Shown here: positions 19,347-29,628 of the stretch, one piece after another
Layout: every line of letters begins with the position of its first letter
Position numbering within the stretch: position 1 is the stretch's first letter
Origin: Fibrobacteria bacterium
GTDB taxonomy: Bacteria; Fibrobacterota; Fibrobacteria; UBA11236
Reading direction: 5' to 3'
NCBI GenBank assembly: GCA_041746255.1
Contig: JBGTHM010000018.1
Span: forward strand, 1-51,498
Length of the DNA stretch: 51,498 nucleotides
The notes under the pieces: generated by a model
Told to the model about the DNA's origin: nothing
The model's input: the letters and a program-made list of their open reading frames with translations, nothing else
Databases searched by the model: none
Program-made: the position numbers and the translations under genes

Positions 19347-21149
19347 ATGGTTTTAGGAAGCCCCGATGCGAATTTTTTTTCTGCCGAACAAAAAGAATAT
19401 CTCGATGGGTTCTTGCGTGCCCTGGTTCCGACTGTAAAAAGCGGTGGAGTACCCGCGCAACTAGATTCGCAACCCGATGATATCGCTTCTGCGCCCGGCA
19501 GGCGCGCTCAAATTGCCTGGTTGGCGTCCGGAAAGCGACTTTCCAAAGAAGAAAAAATCAAGTTCGACTCCGATCCGCTGGACTCATGGCCCCGTATTGA
19601 AGAACTCTCTGCGCAAGGCGTATTGCCCGAGGGAGAGGACATTTTTCGTTTTAAGACCCATGGACTGTGGAATGTAAGTCCGGCCCAAGCCGGCATGATG
19701 TGCCGCCTTCGCATTCCCGGCGGCGTTCTGAAAGCCTATCAGGCGGAGGCCATTGCCGAATCCGCCGACAAATTCGGAGGCGGCTATGTCGATGTCACTA
19801 CCCGGGCGAATTTGCAAATCCGCGAAATTGGCGGACGGCATATGGCAGATCTATTAACCTCATTGCATGAGGTCGGTATCATGCCTCGCGGTTCGGGAGC
19901 GGATAATATCCGGAATATCACGGGTAATCCCACCTGCGGTATCGATCCCACCGAACTCATAGATGTTTTGCCGTTATGCCGGCAATTGCACCACCATATT
20001 TTACATGACCGCAACCTGTTTGGGCTTCCACGAAAATTCAATATCGCTTTCGACGGAGGAAATTCCATCGCCAGCCTGGAAGATACCAACGACATCGGTT
20101 TCAAAGCCGTCCGCGTCGAGGCTGGAAACGATGTGCAGACAGGTGTTTATTTTCGGGTAGCTTTGGGCGGGATTACCGGTCATGGCGATTTCGCCCGGGA
20201 TACGGGATTATTGCTCAAACCCGAGGAATGTCTGCCGGTAGCGGTTGCCATGGTGCGCGTCTATATCGCACATGGGGATCGCGGAAATCGCAAAAAAGCC
20301 CGCCTCAAATATTTGCTGGATGAATGGGGCTTCGAAAAGTTTCTCGCCGAAGTCGAAAAGTTATTGTCGTTTTCATGCTTGCGTATTCCGCTTTCGGAAT
20401 GCCGGTCACCGCGGGAGGTGAATAAAACGGCACATTTGGGAGTGCATCCCCAGCGACAAGCGGGACACCATTATATCGGCATAGCCATTCCGTCCGGTCG
20501 GCTTACTTCCGCGCAACTGAAGGGGCTTGCTTCCCTGGCCACCCAATTGGGTTCGGGTACCTTGCGCCTCACGGTTTGGCAAAATCTCCTTGTCTCCGAC
20601 ATCAAAACCGAAAATATTCCCGAGGCGCTCTCGCTACTCGCATCGCTTGGCCTTTCCCATGAGCCGAACTTCATCCAGGCCGGTTTGGTGGCTTGCACGG
20701 GAAGCGAGGGCTGTAAATTCGGTATGGCTCCCACTAAATCCACGGCCTTGGCCATAGCCGAACATTTGAAAAACCGGCTTGCGCTGGATACTCCCATCAA
20801 CATTCATCTTACCGGGTGCGTGCATAGTTGCGCGCAGCATTTCATCGGTGATCTGGGATTGCTCGCGGTATCCGTGGAAAATGAAACTTACCGGGGAGGC
20901 GGCTTTCACATTGTGGTCGGCGGGGGCCATGGAAAAGAGGCGCGCATGGGTATTCCGGTCTTACGCTCCATACCGGCTCCCCAGGCGCCCGGTGTTATTG
21001 AAAACCTCTTGCGCATCTATTTGGAGGCGCGTCTTTCGGGAGAAAGTTTTACCGCTTTTACCGCCCGTCATTCCGATGAAGACATCGTCGAACTCTTTTC
21101 AAGTGCGGTGGAAAATAAACTTTGCGTAATCAAAGAGGCGGTACAATGA
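19347..21149 (+). CDS. nirA: assimilatory nitrite reductase, siroheme subunit (NirA family)
   Basis: TTRANLQ, DNIRN, LPRKFN; siroheme/4Fe-4S ligands ACTGSEGC and TGCVHSCAQH; GAGG SD before the ATG at 19347. Confidence 0.9.
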   Translation: MVLGSPDANFFSAEQKEYLDGFLRALVPTVKSGGVPAQLDSQPDDIASAPGRRAQIAWLASGKRLSKEEKIKFDSDPLDSWPRIEELSAQGVLPEGEDIFRFKTHGLWNVSPAQAGMMCRLRIPGGVLKAYQAEAIAESADKFGGGYVDVTTRANLQIREIGGRHMADLLTSLHEVGIMPRGSGADNIRNITGNPTCGIDPTELIDVLPLCRQLHHHILHDRNLFGLPRKFNIAFDGGNSIASLEDTNDIGFKAVRVEAGNDVQTGVYFRVALGGITGHGDFARDTGLLLKPEECLPVAVAMVRVYIAHGDRGNRKKARLKYLLDEWGFEKFLAEVEKLLSFSCLRIPLSECRSPREVNKTAHLGVHPQRQAGHHYIGIAIPSGRLTSAQLKGLASLATQLGSGTLRLTVWQNLLVSDIKTENIPEALSLLASLGLSHEPNFIQAGLVACTGSEGCKFGMAPTKSTALAIAEHLKNRLALDTPINIHLTGCVHSCAQHFIGDLGLLAVSVENETYRGGGFHIVVGGGHGKEARMGIPVLRSIPAPQAPGVIENLLRIYLEARLSGESFTAFTARHSDEDIVELFSSAVENKLCVIKEAVQ

Positions 21150-23011
21150 ATGCACCCATTCTCCCCGAATCCGCACCATTCAGTGTCCAACAACGCCAAT
21201 GGCTTAATGGGTATTTAGCGGGACTCACCCAAGTCCATACATCCGCCCTTAATTTCTCCCCGCAGGCACGCAATGAACAGCCTATTACCACCCAATTCAA
21301 TGATTTCGATAATTCAACCGAAGTTATTCCGGTCACCCTTTTATTTGGATCCCAGAGCGGCAATGCCGAAGGCCTCGCACATGATTTAGCCGGCAAACTC
21401 AAAAGGGCTACGGAAATCCAGTCACCGGGAAGGGGCTCCCAGGCAAACCCTCTCCGCATCGAGCCGAAGGTTATGGGTCTGGAACAATTCGCGGAGGTGG
21501 ATTGGAGTGGCGTCGGACCCGTCCTCATCCTAACCAGCACTTGGGGTGACGGTGAGATGCCCTATAATGCTACCGGATTTTGGGAATGGCTGAACGGTCC
21601 CAAGTCACCCACCCTATCCGAACTCAACTATGCGATATTGGGATTGGGTGACCGCAATTATGCCCGCTTCTGCCAAGCGGGGAAAAATCTGGATACCCGC
21701 CTGGCCGAGTTGGGCGCAAATCGGATGCTCACGCTTTGCGAATGCGATACGGATTTCGAAGTGACGGCCGCAACCTGGATGGAGGAAGTTATCCGTGCGC
21801 TGCTGAAACTACCTGCTCCATTGCCTCCGGGTAATACGCTATCCGCGGCAGCGGTAACCCCTTCAGCCGCACCCCAAACCTATGATCGCAAGCACCCTTT
21901 TCCCGCGCCTTTGCTGGAAAATCATCCTCTCAACGCCAAGGGTTCCGAAAAAGATACGCGCCATTTGGTGCTTTCCTTGCTCGGCAGCGGATTGGATTAT
22001 CGAGTAGGCGATGCCTTAGGCGTTCAACCCCGAAATTGTTATGAACTGGTCGACCGCATCATTTTGGGATTGAACTGCCTCGGTAATGAGAAAGTGACTC
22101 TCAATCATGGCGAAACCTTTCCGCTCCGGTCCGCTTTACTCTCCCAATTGGATATAGGCCGCGTCCCTCCCACACTATTGGGGAATCTACGCCAGGCCTG
22201 TTCCAATCGAAACGAACAGGCTATCCTGGATGGCTTGCTTGCGGGTACGGATATCGAACTTCGGGAATATCTGGATGGCAAAGACCTGCTCGACGTATTG
22301 GAGGATTTCCCCCATACCCGTCTCGACGCCCAAAGCCTGGTGGAGAGCCTGGGCAAACTGGCTCCCCGCCTCTACTCCATTTCCAGTTCCCCAAAAGAAC
22401 ACCCTGGAGAGGTGCATATCACCGTGGGAATTGTCCGTTATGCGCAAGGCGCGCGCCTGCGCCGGGGAGTCGCATCGGCCTATCTGGCCGAGCGGGTTCC
22501 ATTGGGTATGCCCGTATCCGTTTATATCCAACCGTCCGCCCATTTCACCATTCCTGAACGGCCCGGAACACCCATTATCATGGTGGGACCGGGTACCGGT
22601 ATCGCTCCCTTTCGGGCGTTTTTGGAAGAACGCCGTGCCTTGGGCGACCCGGGAAAGAATTGGCTTTTCTTCGGCGATCAGCGGCGTAAATACGACTTCC
22701 CTTATGGGGAAGAATTAATCGCCTGGCATTCCGACGGCTTTCTCACCCGTCTCGACCTGGCTTTTTCCCGCGATCAGGAAGAAAAAATTTACGTGCAACA
22801 TCGCATCCTAGAGCAAGCCGAAGAAGTATGGCTTTGGCTGGAACAAGGTGCCCATTTTTATATCTGCGGAGATGCCAAGCGCATGGCCAAAGACGTTGAA
22901 CAGTCTCTGCTCGCAGTGATTTCGGAAAAGGGCGGCAAAAACAGCGACGAGGCCAAGGAATACCTTGCCGCCATGCAAAGCCAAAAGCGGTATCAACGCG
23001 ATGTCTATTAA
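21146..23011 (+). CDS. CysJ-like diflavin reductase (flavodoxin, FAD and NADPH domains)
   Basis: FGSQSGNAE, STWGDGE, PRLYSISSS, GPGTGIAPFR and RYQRDVY; ATGA overlap with nirA. Confidence 0.9.
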   Translation: MNAPILPESAPFSVQQRQWLNGYLAGLTQVHTSALNFSPQARNEQPITTQFNDFDNSTEVIPVTLLFGSQSGNAEGLAHDLAGKLKRATEIQSPGRGSQANPLRIEPKVMGLEQFAEVDWSGVGPVLILTSTWGDGEMPYNATGFWEWLNGPKSPTLSELNYAILGLGDRNYARFCQAGKNLDTRLAELGANRMLTLCECDTDFEVTAATWMEEVIRALLKLPAPLPPGNTLSAAAVTPSAAPQTYDRKHPFPAPLLENHPLNAKGSEKDTRHLVLSLLGSGLDYRVGDALGVQPRNCYELVDRIILGLNCLGNEKVTLNHGETFPLRSALLSQLDIGRVPPTLLGNLRQACSNRNEQAILDGLLAGTDIELREYLDGKDLLDVLEDFPHTRLDAQSLVESLGKLAPRLYSISSSPKEHPGEVHITVGIVRYAQGARLRRGVASAYLAERVPLGMPVSVYIQPSAHFTIPERPGTPIIMVGPGTGIAPFRAFLEERRALGDPGKNWLFFGDQRRKYDFPYGEELIAWHSDGFLTRLDLAFSRDQEEKIYVQHRILEQAEEVWLWLEQGAHFYICGDAKRMAKDVEQSLLAVISEKGGKNSDEAKEYLAAMQSQKRYQRDVY

Positions 23012-24728
23012 ATCCCCATCGCTCCAAGTTTTCCTGGGCGAGGAACATTCGCTGATCGAAGCCCTGCTGGAGCGCCAAAGCGACATGACTCCCGTGGAAC
23101 GATTCTCACAGGTCCATGAAGAGATGCGGAGCACCCCGCAGCAAGCACGACATTATCGCGAGCTTATTCCTTCGCACTCACCCGGCGCCGGGCAGCAATA
23201 TGGATTCGAAGTCGACCTCGACCGATGCAGCGGCTGCAAAGCCTGCGTAACCGCCTGCCATAATTTGAACGGACTGGACCTGGGTGAAACCTGGCGCGCG
23301 GTGGGCATGATTCACAATACCCGCGGAAAACCCATACAGCAAACCGTCACCACAGCCTGCCAACACTGCCTGGAACCGGCCTGCTCACATGGCTGCCCCA
23401 CCCTGGCTTATGAAAAAGACCCCGTTACCGGTATAGTACGTCACCTCGACGACCAGTGCATAGGCTGCCAGTATTGCATTCTCAAATGCCCGTATGACGT
23501 TCCCCAATTCCACCCGGAAAAAGGCATTGTCCGCAAATGCGACATGTGCATCGGCCGCCTCGCCCAAGGTGAAGCGCCCGCTTGCGTACAAGCCTGCCCC
23601 ACCCAGGCCATCCGCATCGCCTTGGTGGACGTGGAAGAGGTGCGCACAACTCCGGCAGCCTACGCAGCCATTCCCGGGGCGCCCGATCCGGCCTATACCC
23701 TGCCCACCACCCGGTTCACCACCCGGAGGATTTTCCCTGAAGGCATGCAAGCCGCCGATGAACATCGGGTAGGCCGGGAGAAAAGCCATCTTCCCCTGGT
23801 CTTTATGCTCGTGATTTCCCAAATGGCCGCGGGGCTCTATCTCTGCTTGGCGATAGCCGCCCTGGGGGGAATCGGATGGGCTTCCCTGTCTTCCTCCCAA
23901 CACTTTCAGGCAATGGGGCATGCCAACGCTCTCTTTCTCGTGCTTGCCTCCATCGTCATCAGCACCACCCATCTGGGCCGCCCGCTGCAAGCCTTCCGAG
24001 CCGTGCTGGGATTTCGCCGTTCCTGGCTCAGCCGGGAAATCATCGCCTTCGGATTATGGTCCGGCCTCGCTTTCGTTTCCACGGCCGCGCATTTCTCCTT
24101 CCTTTTTTACCCCCCTGGAAATGCCTTTATTTCCCAGGTAGCCTCATGGGCAACATCGAACGGGATGGCCATTGCGCTGGTGTTATCCGGTTTACTCACC
24201 GTCCATTGTTCGGCCATGGTTTATCGCGATACCCCCCGGGCTTTATGGGCTACACGACTCACTTCCGTCCGATTCTTCCTAAGCACTGGCTTATCGGGTA
24301 CGGCCGCCTTTTTGACTTTGACCGTGTTTTACTCGCTAGGATTTGCCGCCGCCGACTCCGTCGCCCTTGCGACCACACATTTTGGTCTGGAACTTATTCT
24401 GGTGGCGTTGGTACCGGTACTCACTATTTTCAAACTGTTGGGCGAAGCCAAAGTGCACCAACATCTCGATAACGAAAAATTCACTCCGCTTAAAAAAGCC
24501 GCCCTGCTGCTCCGGGGAGAATTGCGCGTACACCACACCCTGCGATGCGTTCTCGCATTGTTGGGAGGAATTTTGCTTCCCCTGGTCTGGCTTTATCATG
24601 GGTTTGCCACCGGACCGTTCCAAATCGTCTTTTGCTTAGGCTTACTCTCTCTCCTTATAGCGGGAGAATGCCTGGAAAGATTTCTTTTCTTTACCACTTG
24701 CATTCCACCCAGAATGCCGGGAGGTTGA
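23001..24728 (+). CDS. fused DmsB/NrfC-type 4Fe-4S protein and DmsC/NrfD-type membrane anchor
   Basis: [32 protein letters not shown] and KCDMC clusters; then HLGRP, SWLSREI and multiple TM helices. Confidence 0.88.
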   Translation: MSIKSPSLQVFLGEEHSLIEALLERQSDMTPVERFSQVHEEMRSTPQQARHYRELIPSHSPGAGQQYGFEVDLDRCSGCKACVTACHNLNGLDLGETWRAVGMIHNTRGKPIQQTVTTACQHCLEPACSHGCPTLAYEKDPVTGIVRHLDDQCIGCQYCILKCPYDVPQFHPEKGIVRKCDMCIGRLAQGEAPACVQACPTQAIRIALVDVEEVRTTPAAYAAIPGAPDPAYTLPTTRFTTRRIFPEGMQAADEHRVGREKSHLPLVFMLVISQMAAGLYLCLAIAALGGIGWASLSSSQHFQAMGHANALFLVLASIVISTTHLGRPLQAFRAVLGFRRSWLSREIIAFGLWSGLAFVSTAAHFSFLFYPPGNAFISQVASWATSNGMAIALVLSGLLTVHCSAMVYRDTPRALWATRLTSVRFFLSTGLSGTAAFLTLTVFYSLGFAAADSVALATTHFGLELILVALVPVLTIFKLLGEAKVHQHLDNEKFTPLKKAALLLRGELRVHHTLRCVLALLGGILLPLVWLYHGFATGPFQIVFCLGLLSLLIAGECLERFLFFTTCIPPRMPGG

Positions 24729-24735
24729 ACAGAGC

Positions 24736-26967
24736 ATGGCTTGGAAGCATAAATTCGGCGACTTGCTCCGCTTGAAAACCGGAAAGTTGACGCGCGAAAT
24801 GGTGCTCACGCCGGGTCGCTTCGGTTTGGGGAAGACGCCGCAACGCTTACAACCGGACGCCACGACCACCATGACCTGCGGTTATTGCTCCACGGGCTGC
24901 GGCCTTAAAATCCATCTCAAAAACAACCGGGCCATCAACCTTACCCCCGATCCCGAATATCCGGTAAACCTGGGCATGGCCTGCCCCAAAGGCTGGGAAG
25001 CGCTGACGCCCTTGACCGCCTCGGATAGGGCCGTATCTCCTTGGTTACGGGACGCCGCGGGAAAAATGCGGGAAACCGACTGGCATGCCGCCATGCTCAC
25101 TTTTACCGATCGGTTTAAAGACATCATCGCCCGGCATGGCCGTGAATCCGTCGCCTTCCTGAGTACCGGGCAGATCCCCACCGAAGAAATGTTTATGCTG
25201 GGGGTGCTGGCCAAATTCGGCATGGGCTTTATCCATGGAGACGCCAACACCCGGCAATGCATGGCTACCTCCCATGTGGCCTATAAACAGTCCTTCGGTT
25301 TCGACGCTCCACCTTTCTCCTATAAGGACTTCGAGGAATCCGACGTGCTGGTCTTCATAGGCGCCAATCCTTGCATCGCCCACCCCATTATGTGGGAGCG
25401 CGTGATGATGAACCGCCGTAATCCGGAAATCGTGGTACTCGATCCCCGTCAGACGGAAACGGCCCTGGCCGCCACGCGCCATTACCCGCTATTGCCCAAA
25501 ACCGATCTTACCCTATTATATGGCCTGGCCCACCTGTTGATACGCGAAGGTTGGGTGGACCCGGAATACATCGCGCAACATACCGCGGGCTACGAAACCT
25601 TTTGTGAACATGTCCGCAGTTTCGATCCCGAAACCGTGGGGGAATTAACCGGATTGGGGCAGGAACGGTTGTTGGAATTGGCCGAATTGCTCCGACCCGG
25701 TCGCAGAGTTTCTTATTGGTGGACCATGGGCGTGAACCAAAGCCACGAAGGGGTGCGTACGGCGCAAGCCATTATCAATCTCGCCCTCATGACCGGGAAT
25801 ATGGGGAAGCCCGGCACCGGAGCCAACTCGATTACCGGCCAGGTGAACGCCATGGGTTCGCGCCTTTTCAGTAATACCACCTCATTACCGGGTGGACGCG
25901 ATTATGGTGATGCCGGCCATCGGCAGGAAATAGCCGGATTCTTCGGCATTCAGGAAAACCGTATCCAAAGGGAAGCGGGTTTGGCATACGATCAAATCCT
26001 GGAGGGCGTGAATGCGGGTCGCATCAAGGCCCTGTGGATTATCGCCACCAACCCTGCTCATTCCTGGATAGACCGGGGAAATTTTTCCGCCTTGATGGCC
26101 AAACTCGATTTTCTGGTGGTGCAAGACATGTACCCGAATACGGAAACAGCCGGCCTCGCGCATCTTGTCCTTCCCTCTGCCGGTTGGGGCGAGAAAGAGG
26201 GCACAGTCGTCAATTCGGAAAGGCGTATCGGACTTTTTAAAAAGGTCGCCACCGCTCCCGGATTGGCCCTGGCGGACTTCCATATCTTCCAACTGATCGC
26301 CCGATATTGGGGATGCTCCGACCTGTTGCAACGGCTGGACACTCCTGAAGATGCCTTCCGGGCCATGACGGAACTTTCCCGTGGGAGGCCTTGCGACATT
26401 TCCGGTATTCGGGATTACCGGATGATCGATACCGCGGGAGGCATCCAATGGCCCTACCCTGCCGACACCCCTCCTTTGGAAAGGGAACGCCGCCTGTTTG
26501 CCGACGGCCGCTTTTTTCATCAAGACGGTCGGGCGCGCTTCGTTTTCGATGCGCCCCGTCCTCCCGCCGAAACGGTGGACGGAGAGTACCCGTTTGTGCT
26601 TTTGACCGGCCGAGGATCCTCAGCCCAATGGCATACCAATACCCGCACGGGGAAATCGGCCGTGCTTCGTAAACTCTACCCTGAAGACTCCCGCATCGAA
26701 ATCCATCCCAGCGATGCCGACCGTCAGTCTTTTTCCCAGGGAGAGTGGGTCAAGGTGCATTCACGGCGCGGAGAGGCGCGAGCCCGGATTTTCATCGCTT
26801 CTACAGTTGGACGCGGCCAGGTTTTCATGACCATGCATGACGCCGCGGTGAATCAACTCACTTTTCCAGCTTACGATCCCCATTCCCGTCAGCCGTCCTA
26901 TAAACATTGCGCCGTTCGCATCGAGAAGCTTGCCGGTTTAAAAACATGGCGCTATCTTGGCAGGTAA
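24736..26967 (+). CDS. narB: assimilatory nitrate reductase, molybdopterin catalytic subunit (NarB/NasA)
   Basis: CGYCSTGC...[32 protein letters not shown]...QWHT.TRT; no Tat twin-arginine signal. Confidence 0.88.
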   Translation: MAWKHKFGDLLRLKTGKLTREMVLTPGRFGLGKTPQRLQPDATTTMTCGYCSTGCGLKIHLKNNRAINLTPDPEYPVNLGMACPKGWEALTPLTASDRAVSPWLRDAAGKMRETDWHAAMLTFTDRFKDIIARHGRESVAFLSTGQIPTEEMFMLGVLAKFGMGFIHGDANTRQCMATSHVAYKQSFGFDAPPFSYKDFEESDVLVFIGANPCIAHPIMWERVMMNRRNPEIVVLDPRQTETALAATRHYPLLPKTDLTLLYGLAHLLIREGWVDPEYIAQHTAGYETFCEHVRSFDPETVGELTGLGQERLLELAELLRPGRRVSYWWTMGVNQSHEGVRTAQAIINLALMTGNMGKPGTGANSITGQVNAMGSRLFSNTTSLPGGRDYGDAGHRQEIAGFFGIQENRIQREAGLAYDQILEGVNAGRIKALWIIATNPAHSWIDRGNFSALMAKLDFLVVQDMYPNTETAGLAHLVLPSAGWGEKEGTVVNSERRIGLFKKVATAPGLALADFHIFQLIARYWGCSDLLQRLDTPEDAFRAMTELSRGRPCDISGIRDYRMIDTAGGIQWPYPADTPPLERERRLFADGRFFHQDGRARFVFDAPRPPAETVDGEYPFVLLTGRGSSAQWHTNTRTGKSAVLRKLYPEDSRIEIHPSDADRQSFSQGEWVKVHSRRGEARARIFIASTVGRGQVFMTMHDAAVNQLTFPAYDPHSRQPSYKHCAVRIEKLAGLKTWRYLGR

Positions 26968-26989
26968 ATCAGTCAAGAAGGAGCCTCCC

Positions 26990-27286
26990 ATGTTCGTACA
27001 TTGCGTTTATTTATGGTTGAAAGAAGACTTGACTCCCAAGCAACTTGAAGATGTCAAGGCCGGAATTTCCAGCCTTACCAGCCTTGCATCCGTAAAACAC
27101 GGATACTTCGGCACCCCCGCCGACACCAATCGACCCGTCATTGACAGAACCTATAGCTACGGTCTGGTGGTGATGTTCGAAAGTGCGGCGGACCACGATG
27201 CCTATCAAGTCGACCCCGCCCATGACGACTTCCGTAAGAATTTCGCCAGCTATTGGAAGAGCGTCAAAATTTACGATTTCGAATAG
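26990..27286 (+). CDS. Dabb family (stress-responsive A/B barrel) protein
   Basis: MFVH.V..WLK...YQVDPAH pattern; AAGGAG SD. Confidence 0.85.
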   Translation: MFVHCVYLWLKEDLTPKQLEDVKAGISSLTSLASVKHGYFGTPADTNRPVIDRTYSYGLVVMFESAADHDAYQVDPAHDDFRKNFASYWKSVKIYDFE

Positions 27287-27339
27287 TTCCACCTCGAAGC
27301 GGACTGGAAAAAAGGGTCCGGATCGCAGACCTCAAGGGC

Positions 27340-29256
27340 CTAGGGAACTGCGCCTAAAAAGTCGAAATCCAATTGGGAACTGACGGGATCGGCTTTATCC
27401 AGGCGCACCCGGATTTTCTGACCCATGTGGAATTGTCGGCGCTGGCGACGGCCCACCAGGTGGCCGGTTCGGCTGTCTTTTTCGTAATAATCGTCGGTCA
27501 ATCGATTAATCGGCACCAGACCTTCGGCATAAGGATCCTTGATGATTACGAAAATGCCGAAGTTCTCCAACCCGCTGATTTCCCCGACGAATTCTTCGCC
27601 CAGATGGGCTTGCATAGTCCAGGCCATGGCGGTGCGCATCCCTTTTCGCTCCACCTTCATCACCGCGATTTCCCGTTCCGAAATGGAATCGCCGATTCGC
27701 TCGGCCCGTTTCAACCATTTGCGGTTCATGGTCTCGCGGCGCAAAAAGGCTTTCATCACGCGATGCGTCCATAAATCGGCATAACGCCGGATGGGCGAGG
27801 TGAAATGGGCGTAGTAGAGCCAGCCCAGCGCGAAATGACCTTCGCATTCGGCGGAGTAACGCGCCTTCTTCATACTTTGCAGAATTTTCCGTTGCACCGA
27901 TACCGGCAGCGATTCCGGCTCATCGAGAAGCCGGGTAAAAAGTTGTTGGATGCCGGGATTGATGTTTCCGGATCCCTTTTTCTTGGCTGTCATGGCGGCC
28001 TTGAGCAACTTGGGAGGAATATTGAGTCCGGGAAGCGAAGCCAACTCCGCCACATTATCCAGATCCGGTTCTTCATGCACACGGTAAAGCCCGGGAATGC
28101 TATGGCGTTGCATGAATTGCGCCGCCACCTGGTTGGTCAAGAGCATGCATTCCTCTATCCAGGCATGCGAAGCCAATCTTTCGCTGATATAAATTCGCTT
28201 CGGTACCCGCGCCTCGTCGAGTTCCACCCGGGGTTCGGGAAATTGGAAATCGATGAAACCTTCGCGCTTGCGCCTGTGGGTGAGGATTTTCGTGAAGGCA
28301 TCAAGCTGCGCCAGAAATTTATCACCGGAATCACGCGCCTGCTGGGCTTCTTCATAGGAAAAGAATTTGCGCACGCAAATCAGGGTTTCCACGAATTCGA
28401 ATTCGACCACGTCGCCTTTCGCATCGACTTCCATCATGCAACTGAAGGCCAGCCTGTCCACGCCTTCCCGGAGACTGCATAGGTTTCCCGAAAGAAAATC
28501 CGGTAACATGGGGGCCGCCGTCCAAGGCAGGTATTGCGTGAAGGCCCGATTGAGAGCCTCCTGGTCGATGGCGGTATCCGATTTAACATATTCGGCCACG
28601 TCGGCGATATGCACACCCAAAAGCCAATTTTCCTTGCCTTTGCGTTCCAAAGAAATGGCATCGTCATGATCCTTGGCGGTAACCGGATCGATGGTGTAAA
28701 TCTCGATATGCCGCAAATCCCGACGACCGGGATAATTTTCCGGATCGGGTTCGGGATAGAGCGCCGCGTCTTTCAAAGGCTTGGCAGGGTAGTTGAAAGG
28801 CACATGGTTTTCCTTGAAAAACATCTTGGAAACCTGTGAAAACGGAATCTGTTCCTTTTTCCAACCGCGTTCGCCCCGGTTTTCGTCGCGCGGCCTGGCC
28901 GACCCGGATTTACCGCGGACAACTTTTTTACCGGAAGGTCCTACCTTCGTCGCCGCACCGCCATGGGCTTTGGAACGGACGCCGGTTACCGGAGACCCGG
29001 CTGCCACGGTGGCCGGTGTGGGCGCCGGAGGAACAACGCCCTCCTGTTCCAACCTTGCCACATAACGATGGCCCTTCACCGAGCGGATGAGGTTTCTGCG
29101 TTCCAGCAAACGCAGGATACCGCGGAATTCACCTTTATGCTCGCGCGCAACCTGGAATTTTTCCCGCAAATCGCTGGCGCGATGCGCCCTTTGCCCCGCC
29201 GCCCGTAGAAATTCCAATACCTGCTCCGGTGTAGGCAAACCCTTCAACATATTCAA
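27340..29256 (-). CDS. rnr: RNase R / RNase II family exoribonuclease
   Basis: RNB motifs TIDPVTAKDHDDA and YAHFTSPIRRYADL; C-terminal S1 domain; N-terminal HTH-like segment. Confidence 0.88.
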   Translation of the reverse strand: MNMLKGLPTPEQVLEFLRAAGQRAHRASDLREKFQVAREHKGEFRGILRLLERRNLIRSVKGHRYVARLEQEGVVPPAPTPATVAAGSPVTGVRSKAHGGAATKVGPSGKKVVRGKSGSARPRDENRGERGWKKEQIPFSQVSKMFFKENHVPFNYPAKPLKDAALYPEPDPENYPGRRDLRHIEIYTIDPVTAKDHDDAISLERKGKENWLLGVHIADVAEYVKSDTAIDQEALNRAFTQYLPWTAAPMLPDFLSGNLCSLREGVDRLAFSCMMEVDAKGDVVEFEFVETLICVRKFFSYEEAQQARDSGDKFLAQLDAFTKILTHRRKREGFIDFQFPEPRVELDEARVPKRIYISERLASHAWIEECMLLTNQVAAQFMQRHSIPGLYRVHEEPDLDNVAELASLPGLNIPPKLLKAAMTAKKKGSGNINPGIQQLFTRLLDEPESLPVSVQRKILQSMKKARYSAECEGHFALGWLYYAHFTSPIRRYADLWTHRVMKAFLRRETMNRKWLKRAERIGDSISEREIAVMKVERKGMRTAMAWTMQAHLGEEFVGEISGLENFGIFVIIKDPYAEGLVPINRLTDDYYEKDSRTGHLVGRRQRRQFHMGQKIRVRLDKADPVSSQLDFDFLGAVP

Positions 29257-29600
29257 GCCGCGGGGTCGGGTTGAAGCGAGGGCTTGGTGCGCTCATATTT
29301 CAAAATGGGATCGCATTTTCCTGGAAACTTGACCGTAATCTTATCGGTACAGCCGGACTCAGACAGCTTCGCGCATTCCTGACAGACCTTTTCGAACCAC
29401 TCCTCCGAAATTCCCGCCGGTCGCATGGAGTTGCGTTTGTCCCCGCCGGCCGGTAAATTATCCAACTTGGGAATGATGCCTTTTACCACCGTCACCAATT
29501 GCTGCATCGATTGGGGAGGCAATTGCATGCCGGCCTGTTGCAGGTATAGCTGGAGCGCCTGCACAATCAAATCCTTCTCGTTTTCCGATAAAGCCATCAA
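29253..29600 (-). CDS. hypothetical protein with C-terminal Cys cluster
   Basis: 115 aa; CxxC-x7-C-x11-C; 4-bp overlap with rnr. Confidence 0.6.
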   Translation of the reverse strand: MMALSENEKDLIVQALQLYLQQAGMQLPPQSMQQLVTVVKGIIPKLDNLPAGGDKRNSMRPAGISEEWFEKVCQECAKLSESGCTDKITVKFPGKCDPILKYERTKPSLQPDPAA

Positions 29601-29628
29601 TAACCCCCGTCTTTCCCTGGAAAACTAA

